From positions 1 through 6,953 of the IMG/VR virus record IMGVR_UViG_3300029226_000131: a DNA stretch of 6,953 bases. The stretch is one strand, 5' to 3'. Position 1 is the stretch's first letter. Every line of letters starts with the position of its first letter. Below the pieces are notes generated by a model. The model searched no databases. It was given only the letters and a program-made list of their open reading frames with translations, and was not told the origin of the DNA. Source of the DNA: a virus. Of this stretch, positions 1 through 5,052 are shown in pieces. Position numbers and translations under genes: made by a program.

Positions 1-15
1 AGACAGAACAGACCG

Positions 16-44
16 AAATCGCATAATGCGGATTGATGTTAAAT
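16..44 (+). other. dif-like XerC/XerD recombination site A: AAATCGCATAA-TGCGGAT-TGATGTTAAAT, with a 7-nt central region
   Basis: Compared with E. coli dif (GGTGCGCATAA TGTATA TTATGTTAAAT), the inner XerC arm CGCATAA is identical and the XerD arm matches 10/11. A second copy lies at 6820..6848. Confidence 0.6.
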
Positions 45-63
45 GTACTGCATCCTCGAAAAC

Positions 64-100
64 GAAAATGACATTTTCTGGTTGGGAAAATGCCATTTTA
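64..100. repeat. Two near-identical 15-bp palindromes, GAAAATGaCATTTTC (64..78) and GAAAATGcCATTTTA (86..100), with centres 22 bp apart
   Basis: Read directly from the sequence. Each is a 7-1-7 palindrome. The two can also pair with each other at 13/15 positions around the loop 79..85. Repeated at 6868..6904. Confidence 0.7.
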
Positions 101-114
101 AAAAGTTGCAGTGC

Positions 115-149
115 AAGTAACATAATCACGCAGTTACATTATGCGAAAT
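115..149 (-). other. dif-like XerC/XerD site B, inverted relative to site A. The minus strand reads ATTTCGCATAA-TGTAACTGCGTGA-TTATGTTACTT, with a 13-nt central region.
   Basis: The XerC arm shares the 10-mer TCGCATAATG with site A. The XerD arm matches TTATGTTAAAT at 9/11. Repeated at 6919..6953. Confidence 0.55.
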
Positions 150-247
150 CAATCTTCATATTGATCAGACAACGAGATATATAAATATTTAACACTGTAA
201 TAACCAAATAAAAGTGTAAAAGTAATCATTCCAACCAAGTAATCCAT
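149..247 (-). CDS. Hypothetical 32-aa single-pass membrane peptide (MDYLVGMITFTLLFGYYSVKYLYISLSDQYED). It is below the cutoff of the supplied ORF track.
   Basis: Hand translation: ATG at 247..245 and TGA at 151..149. A GAGGTG Shine-Dalgarno sits 7 nt upstream and overlaps the stop of the 259..465 ORF (TGAGGTG). The peptide has a hydrophobic core and an acidic tail. Confidence 0.3.
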   Translation of the reverse strand: MDYLVGMITFTLLFGYYSVKYLYISLSDQYED

Positions 248-258
248 TAGCAAACACC

Positions 259-465
259 TCAACTATTATAAAGTTTATAAATTTGATCTGCGATTAAATA
301 AGCCTTATCAAACTCATCAAGATCTTTATAAACACCACAATTTTTAAATGCATCAAGAACAGCAAAGAAAGATTTATAAAGTTCAGAACCTTTATCATTA
401 AACCTATTGTTCACAACCTCTATTGCTAATTCCTCTAAATATTCTAACGCTGTCTTGAATTCCAT
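259..465 (-). CDS. Hypothetical 68-aa acidic, predicted all-helical cytoplasmic protein. It is accessory cargo downstream of gI/Zot.
   Basis: ORF on the operon strand, separated from gI by a 120-nt spacer. No signal peptide or TM segment. Net negative charge: 13 D/E versus 8 K/R by count. No convincing SD before the ATG. No family recognised. Confidence 0.55.
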   Translation of the reverse strand: MEFKTALEYLEELAIEVVNNRFNDKGSELYKSFFAVLDAFKNCGVYKDLDEFDKAYLIADQIYKLYNS

Positions 466-585
466 AATTATCAGTTCGCGCCTACGGACGCTCTAAAAAT
501 AAAGATTAAGATCATAAGGGAGCTTGTAATCAAAGAGAAGAAATTTCAATGTTTTAATTGCTTCTCGTCACTCGTAGACACTCGT

Positions 586-1272
586 TTAAAATGCACTAAA
601 ACTTGCTAAATTATTTGCCCCGTTTGTTGTCTTAGCTTCAAGTCGGCTATCTACTTGATTATTTGCGATCTGAGCTGGTGGCGGTACATTACTAGGAGTT
701 GATTGAGGCTGCTGTTGTTGTATTTGACTAGGTGAAGTCTGTTGATTGGTTTTTGCATTGAAATAATCAAATGGTCGTCTTGAACTGTCGTGCATAAGGT
801 CCTTGCAGACTTTTTTATCAATTCCGTCAATTTTTGTTCCCTGTTGGTCATATGCTGAACATGAATTTTTCGTACAAAAACAACCGCTAAAAGTACGGCT
901 ATTGACAACATTAGGGGTAATGTTAGGTTTAAAAGCGAATGGATCTGATACTTCATAAGTAGGCTCAGAAGATGAAACAAAATCAACAACTGGAGCACTA
1001 GCAGGATTTTCATTTTGATTTTGAACTTGCGTAGGGTCTGTTGGGCTTGAAGCTGGTAATTGATTAGGATTTGATTTATCTGGTTGTTTTGATGTTGATT
1101 CATTTTTTTTAGATTCCTGAGATGTCGAAGATGCTTTATCTCCAGTAAATGTAGATACAAGTGGATTTTTACCAGTACCAGATAAAAGAAACATGGCGAT
1201 GATAAAAAATAGAACCGCAAGGACAAGACAAATAACAATTTTCTTTGGAATACGTTTTTTACGAGTATGCAT
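586..1272 (-). CDS. Possible in-frame internal restart product, analogous to pXI (residues 279-506 of pI)
   Basis: The in-frame ATG at 1272..1270 gives MHTRKKRIPKK followed by the TM helix. This mirrors the f1 pXI start (MKLTKIYLKKFSRV plus TM). No clear SD is present. Confidence 0.3.
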   Translation of the reverse strand: MHTRKKRIPKKIVICLVLAVLFFIIAMFLLSGTGKNPLVSTFTGDKASSTSQESKKNESTSKQPDKSNPNQLPASSPTDPTQVQNQNENPASAPVVDFVSSSEPTYEVSDPFAFKPNITPNVVNSRTFSGCFCTKNSCSAYDQQGTKIDGIDKKVCKDLMHDSSRRPFDYFNAKTNQQTSPSQIQQQQPQSTPSNVPPPAQIANNQVDSRLEAKTTNGANNLASFSAF

Positions 1273-2106
1273 CGTTGATGATTTATACAAGTTGTAAACG
1301 TGCTTTGGAAATCTCCAACGACTTATATTTTCAGCACGAGCAATTGATTTGATTGCATTCGGTGAATCTTGTACTACAGACCACTCCATACGCATTGATT
1401 GTTCCCAGCCAAAAATATTGACTAGATGTATATGCATACTGGCTAATTTTCTGATGTATTTATGAACAAATGATGGTTCTTGAGTGATGAATAAAAAATC
1501 ATAACCCTTATGACGATGGATTGTCAGCTCTTTAACAATCGGGTCTGCTTTAGTTGTTTCATCTGAAAAAATTGGAATTAATTGTGCTTCATCAATGACA
1601 AAATAGGAACCTTGAGGCGTCTTTCTCCAGTCGCAATCAGGTGGCAAAGGACGGCACTGGACAAGCTTTAAATCGGCAATATTGGTATAAATAGTGCGGA
1701 CAGGTTTAAAACCCTGAAACTTGGTATTTTCATTGACATTAATGTTTTCAATAATCAGATTTAATAATGAAATTCTTTCAAAATAATATGCTGGGAAGTT
1801 ATTAACAATATCGTCAGTCTGAGGATTACTAATAACATTAATAAAATATTCAGTTTTTAAGAAATCAAAAAAATCAGGTTCTAAAAATATAATTTCAGAT
1901 GTTCTTTCTAAACCTTGACCTTTAGTAACTAGTATTAAATCAAGATATTCTTGAAGTTTTAAATTAGCAATTTTCTCAAAAAAAGCTTTAGCATAATAAT
2001 AATTATGTTTTAAATTTGCGATGTTATCTCTTGATAAATCTAGCATCATTTCTGTTGCTAGTAGAGATTTCCCCGAACCCGGAGTCGCTGATAAAAAGTT
2101 AATCAT
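586..2106 (-). CDS. gI: Assembly NTPase pI (Zot family)
   Basis: N-terminal Walker A (SATPGSGKS) and Walker B-like motif (YFVIDEAQ). An NLYKSST motif precedes a basic stretch and a TM helix (KKIVICLVLAVLFFIIAMFLL), as in f1 pI. It is the last gene of the morphogenesis block, and its ATG overlaps the gVI stop (ATGA, 2103..2106). Confidence 0.93.
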   Translation of the reverse strand: MINFLSATPGSGKSLLATEMMLDLSRDNIANLKHNYYYAKAFFEKIANLKLQEYLDLILVTKGQGLERTSEIIFLEPDFFDFLKTEYFINVISNPQTDDIVNNFPAYYFERISLLNLIIENINVNENTKFQGFKPVRTIYTNIADLKLVQCRPLPPDCDWRKTPQGSYFVIDEAQLIPIFSDETTKADPIVKELTIHRHKGYDFLFITQEPSFVHKYIRKLASMHIHLVNIFGWEQSMRMEWSVVQDSPNAIKSIARAENISRWRFPKHVYNLYKSSTMHTRKKRIPKKIVICLVLAVLFFIIAMFLLSGTGKNPLVSTFTGDKASSTSQESKKNESTSKQPDKSNPNQLPASSPTDPTQVQNQNENPASAPVVDFVSSSEPTYEVSDPFAFKPNITPNVVNSRTFSGCFCTKNSCSAYDQQGTKIDGIDKKVCKDLMHDSSRRPFDYFNAKTNQQTSPSQIQQQQPQSTPSNVPPPAQIANNQVDSRLEAKTTNGANNLASFSAF

Positions 2107-2441
2107 TTCTTTCTACCCGCAACTAACGCAGGCTGTAAATCTGTTGTAAATGACCAAACTACAGCAGTTGTAATGTATCCAAAAATGATGGTTAAGCACG
2201 TATCAAATTGTGCTACACCTAGATAAGCCAAAAAATACGAGCCTACTGGGAAGCCCTCATTTGAATAATTTGCAATATTATAAAGAGCCGCTTTTGAATC
2301 AAAAATAACTTTATCTAAATAAGTGTACATTGCTAAAACTAAAGGAATAATAATAGCCATAGCCGCAGCTAGACGAACATAACTTGTTCCAGAAAATTGA
2401 GTTAATATCGTTTTTAATACTTCATATAATTTTTTAAACAT
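2103..2441 (-). CDS. gVI: Minor coat / virion-cap protein, pVI-like
   Basis: 112 aa, the same length as f1 pVI, and strongly hydrophobic with several TM segments. It lies between gIII and gI. The assignment rests on position and composition, not on recognised sequence identity. Confidence 0.7.
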   Translation of the reverse strand: MFKKLYEVLKTILTQFSGTSYVRLAAAMAIIIPLVLAMYTYLDKVIFDSKAALYNIANYSNEGFPVGSYFLAYLGVAQFDTCLTIIFGYITTAVVWSFTTDLQPALVAGRKK

Positions 2442-2445
2442 GTAA

Positions 2446-3858
2446 TCACCACTTAATTTCTTTTCTAACTACCGTTTCATATAAAATCCAAAGCCCTGTT
2501 AAATGAGCAATGAGTTGAAGCGGATAACCGAGAAACGTGAAAATCACACAAAGCCAATTTAAACTAATTGTGAAACTTCCCTTAAAATACTGAGTTTCTA
2601 ATACATATGGAACGTCTGGTGGGCATTGTTTCGAAAGTGAAAAAACAGTATCAAAAGCGCGTGAGAAAATACCTTGGTCATCAATTTCCGGTCTTTCTGG
2701 TTCTTCTTCTTTTTCTGGTTCTTCTTTAGTCCACTCTATCCATTCACATACAACACTTGCCCAATCACAAAATGCAGGTAATAGAGATTCCGATGAACCA
2801 GTACCAGTAGTTGTACTTGTAGAACCATCAGGATTTTTTGTTGTACTTGTAGAATCTGTTTTTGTATCTGTTGCAGTATTTGCAGGCGTTACATAGCCCT
2901 CAACAGTTTTGGTACCATCAGTGATTTTGTAATAACCAGGCCTTTTAGGGTCAGTCGGTTTATTTACTGAATTATCTATCGCATTTGTAATGTCTTTTGA
3001 TGCATCTTTAGCTAACTGATTACTAGCAGAATCAATAGTTTGACCGTTTGAACCATCATAAGAGTAAGCATTATTAATAATAGTATTAGATATATTATTC
3101 GTTGTATTGTTCGTTATATATTGAGTAATTTTATTCTCTAAATCAGAATTGGAAACAGGTGTTGAAGTGCTAGGATTATTAGGGTCATAATTTTGATTTT
3201 TAATTCTATTAACTGAAAACCAATCTAAGAGATAACCAGCAGAATTATATCCTATGCAATTATATCGATCAGAAGTTGAAATAGTACATGAAGGATCTTT
3301 AAGACCATTTTGAACAAAACATAATTCAAATTCTTCAATAGCATCTGCAGAATTATTAAACTTTGTAGGACTTTTACATACTGGATCACCATCAGACCAA
3401 ACATTATTAGAAACCCAATAATATTCACCTAGTGAACCGTCTTTCTTACTTACTTTACCGCCCTCATCCATTACCCATCCAACACCCTTAATTAATGCAG
3501 CAACAGCAGCAGAACCTAAGAAACTAGGTAAAGTTGCTTTACCTAGTGCTTTGGCTTTGTCGAGTCTTGAAACAATAGCTTTTGCAACACCTGATGGATT
3601 AATAGGTTTGGTAACAGAACCACCGCCCGTGACTTTACCGCCACTTGAGGCACTCATAGAAGAAGAAGCAGATTGTGTTACATTTTTACCATCATTGGCG
3701 GCTGCAATCGAGCGATCTAACATGTCGTGAGTACGCTGCATTGCATTTGCATATTCTCTGCGTGCTGCTTCTTGATTCATGTAATGTTGTTCAGGCGTAA
3801 TTGCAAGCGTTACTTGTGAAAAAAATAATAGAGAGAAAATAATAAAAATAGTTTTCAT
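2446..3858 (-). CDS. gIII: Adsorption / minor coat protein, pIII-like
   Basis: Signal peptide MKTIFIIFSLLFFSQVTLA followed by ITPEQ. Cys-containing N-terminal domains. S/T/G/N-rich linkers (for example TDTKTDSTSTTKNPDGSTSTTTGTGSSES). C-terminal hydrophobic anchor followed by RKEIKW. It lies after the gVIII terminator. Confidence 0.85.
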   Translation of the reverse strand: MKTIFIIFSLLFFSQVTLAITPEQHYMNQEAARREYANAMQRTHDMLDRSIAAANDGKNVTQSASSSMSASSGGKVTGGGSVTKPINPSGVAKAIVSRLDKAKALGKATLPSFLGSAAVAALIKGVGWVMDEGGKVSKKDGSLGEYYWVSNNVWSDGDPVCKSPTKFNNSADAIEEFELCFVQNGLKDPSCTISTSDRYNCIGYNSAGYLLDWFSVNRIKNQNYDPNNPSTSTPVSNSDLENKITQYITNNTTNNISNTIINNAYSYDGSNGQTIDSASNQLAKDASKDITNAIDNSVNKPTDPKRPGYYKITDGTKTVEGYVTPANTATDTKTDSTSTTKNPDGSTSTTTGTGSSESLLPAFCDWASVVCEWIEWTKEEPEKEEEPERPEIDDQGIFSRAFDTVFSLSKQCPPDVPYVLETQYFKGSFTISLNWLCVIFTFLGYPLQLIAHLTGLWILYETVVRKEIKW

Positions 3859-3926
3859 GGCAGTAATGCCTTAAAAATTAAATATGAAAAAAAAGAAAGT
3901 GTAATGAGAAGAATTAAATTTGACAT
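3855..3926 (-). CDS. Hypothetical 23-aa hydrophobic peptide (MSNLILLITLSFFSYLIFKALLP) immediately upstream of gIII
   Basis: Hand translation: an AGGGG SD sits 6 nt before the ATG at 3926. The stop TGA overlaps the gIII ATG (ATGA, 3855..3858). It could be a leader or coupling ORF or a tiny coat component. Confidence 0.3.
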   Translation of the reverse strand: MSNLILLITLSFFSYLIFKALLP

Positions 3927-3939
3927 GCTGAACCCCTAT

Positions 3940-3966
3940 ATAAAAAAGGGAGCGAACTCCCTTTTC
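3940..3966 (-). terminator. Rho-independent terminator after the major coat gene
   Basis: The minus-strand RNA reads AAAAGGGAG-UUCG-CUCCCUUUU followed by UUAUAU. That is a 9-bp stem, a UUCG tetraloop and a 6-U run, 8 nt after the gVIII stop. Ff phages have a terminator in the same place. Confidence 0.85.
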
Positions 3967-3973
3967 TTGGTTA

Positions 3974-4264
3974 TTAGCCAGCTCGACGAATACCGCCACG
4001 AGAGTTTGTGAAAGCAATAATTACAAGGGTGATGCCGATTGCAACAACAAAAAGCGCACCCAAGCTAGTACCGATACCACCTAAAGCGGCTTGTGCTGGG
4101 GCCAAAAAATCAGGAATAGCTGAACCTTCAGCAGCATTTGCATTTGATGCAACTAAAACACCAGTGGCAACAGCGGCAGGCGCAAGTTTTGATTTGAATT
4201 TTTGGAACCAAGTTTTTTTATGAACTTCTTGTTGTTCAATTACTTCTACGTTTTTAAAAGTCAT
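3974..4264 (-). CDS. gVIII: Major coat protein precursor, pVIII-like
   Basis: Strong SD (AGGAGA) upstream. The leader ends in SNANA, followed by AEGS. The predicted 52-aa mature protein has an acidic N-terminus (AEGSAIPDF), a hydrophobic core (GALFVVAIGITLVIIAF) and a basic C-terminus (SRGGIRRAG). Confidence 0.9.
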   Translation of the reverse strand: MTFKNVEVIEQQEVHKKTWFQKFKSKLAPAAVATGVLVASNANAAEGSAIPDFLAPAQAALGGIGTSLGALFVVAIGITLVIIAFTNSRGGIRRAG

Positions 4265-4274
4265 GAGGTTTCTC

Positions 4275-4478
4275 CTAAAGTTTGACTTTTTTTAATCCAT
4301 AAACTGACCACTTGTAAGCCAGAATCATGGTGTATATCGACCACTGAAGCCCCACAAATTTAAAAACTGATGCTAATGGTAAGTACTGTTCTAGATATTG
4401 ATCCAGATTCACTGACATGCAGTTAATACCTACCTGTTGAGCATTTTCTAAAATTTGTAGTGATTCACAAATGATCAA
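4275..4478 (-). CDS. Small membrane protein, candidate minor coat (pVII/pIX analog). The start is uncertain: TTG at 4478 gives 67 aa, ATG at 4418 gives 47 aa.
   Basis: The ORF ends inside the gVIII SD. The 47-aa version (MSVNLDQYLEQYLPLASVFKFVGLQWSIYTMILAYKWSVYGLKKVKL) has an acidic N-terminus, a hydrophobic core and a basic tail, with AGGTAGGT 9 nt upstream of its ATG. Confidence 0.55.
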   Translation of the reverse strand: MIICESLQILENAQQVGINCMSVNLDQYLEQYLPLASVFKFVGLQWSIYTMILAYKWSVYGLKKVKL

Positions 4479-4576
4479 TTTTTATTCCCCTTACATTGGT
4501 AAAAATGCAAGAAGTAGGAATTTTGATTAGGTAAGACACAACCGCATTTCTTGCATTTAATTTGTAGTTGTGTCAT
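4475..4576 (-). CDS. Doubtful 33-aa Cys-rich ORF (MTQLQIKCKKCGCVLPNQNSYFLHFYQCKGNKN)
   Basis: Hand translation: weak SD, and the stop overlaps the TTG start at 4478 (TTGA). The ORF contains an 11-bp inverted repeat, so the stretch may be structured non-coding DNA instead. Confidence 0.2.
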   Translation of the reverse strand: MTQLQIKCKKCGCVLPNQNSYFLHFYQCKGNKN

Positions 4577-4602
4577 GATTATTATTACCTAAGTTATTGA
4601 TT

Positions 4603-4630
4603 TATTTACATATTATACATTATGCGAAGT
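4603..4630 (-). other. Third dif-like site C. The minus strand reads ACTTCGCATAA-TGTATA-ATATGTAAATA.
   Basis: It contains the same 10-mer, TCGCATAATG, as sites A and B. The central region is identical to E. coli dif (TGTATA). The XerD arm is degenerate (7/11). It lies in the gap between two small ORFs. Confidence 0.45.
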
Positions 4631-4638
4631 TGGTATAA

Positions 4639-4743
4639 TTAAGGTATTGATAAGTAATGTCTTGTTTGCATTTCTGAACATTTAGCGTCAAACAATGCAA
4701 ACACACAAAGACCTAAAACCGTAATAAATACGAACTCTTTCAT
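4639..4743 (-). CDS. Hypothetical 34-aa hydrophobic protein (MKEFVFITVLGLCVFALFDAKCSEMQTRHYLSIP), pVII-position minor coat candidate
   Basis: Hand translation: the ATG overlaps the gV stop (ATGA, 4741..4744 region). Its size and hydrophobicity resemble Ff pVII (33 aa), which also directly follows gV. Confidence 0.5.
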   Translation of the reverse strand: MKEFVFITVLGLCVFALFDAKCSEMQTRHYLSIP

Positions 4744-5039
4744 CACTTAGCAACTTGCTGGTGGTTTGGTTTAACAACTGGCTTAACACTAAAAATCTGC
4801 ATCTGTGCACCAAACTTTGTTTGTGACTCTACAAATTGAATTTCGACTTCTTGGGCGTTGTCTGCACATTCAACAAGGACTGCTTGAATCTGTTCTACTG
4901 GCATAACTCCCGATCCAACGGATAAGTTATAGCGAACTGGTGAAAATACAGTTGTAGATAGATAAACCTTTTCTACACCGTCTTTCTCAGTCTTATAGGC
5001 AGTTGGTAAAATTGTGCGTGTATTGAATTGAACTTGCAT
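4743..5039 (-). CDS. gV: ssDNA-binding protein, pV-position. The likely start is ATG at 5039 (98 aa); the ORF track extends it to a TTG at 5060.
   Basis: It immediately follows gII. A GAGGAGG SD sits 9 nt before the ATG at 5039 and overlaps the gII stop (TGAGGAGG). The C-terminal segment FGAQMQIFSVKPVVK resembles f1 pV FGSLMIDRLRLVPAK. Otherwise the call is positional. Confidence 0.7.
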   Translation of the reverse strand: MQVQFNTRTILPTAYKTEKDGVEKVYLSTTVFSPVRYNLSVGSGVMPVEQIQAVLVECADNAQEVEIQFVESQTKFGAQMQIFSVKPVVKPNHQQVAK

Positions 5040-5052
5040 GGTTAAAGCCTCC

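Larger units (their letters stand above)
1..149. repeat. Copy 1 of an exact 149-bp direct repeat (identical to 6805..6953). The repeat is truncated by both window edges.
   Basis: Base-by-base comparison of 1..149 with 6805..6953 shows no mismatch. The offset is 6804. Confidence 0.97.

Noticed and set aside
535-566. The GAGAAG ... CTTCTC inverted repeat just after the gI stop, as a possible terminator
   Set aside because: The stem is only 6 bp with a 20-nt loop and a short T run. That is too weak to call. It is mentioned only as possible punctuation before the accessory cassette.
651-1238. A 195-aa ORF on the minus strand in a different frame, overlapping the C-terminal half of gI
   Set aside because: It lies wholly inside the well-supported pI frame. 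Its product is Leu-, Ile-, His- and Lys-rich, which is the kind of product expected from an off-frame reading of a Q/P/S/N-rich low-complexity region that happens to lack stops. No SD was seen. Codon-position conservation in relatives could reopen the question.
4008-4223. A 71-aa plus-strand ORF antisense to the major coat gene
   Set aside because: It is the mirror image of the Ala/Gly-rich gVIII coding sequence. It has no SD and would be the only structural-region gene on that strand.
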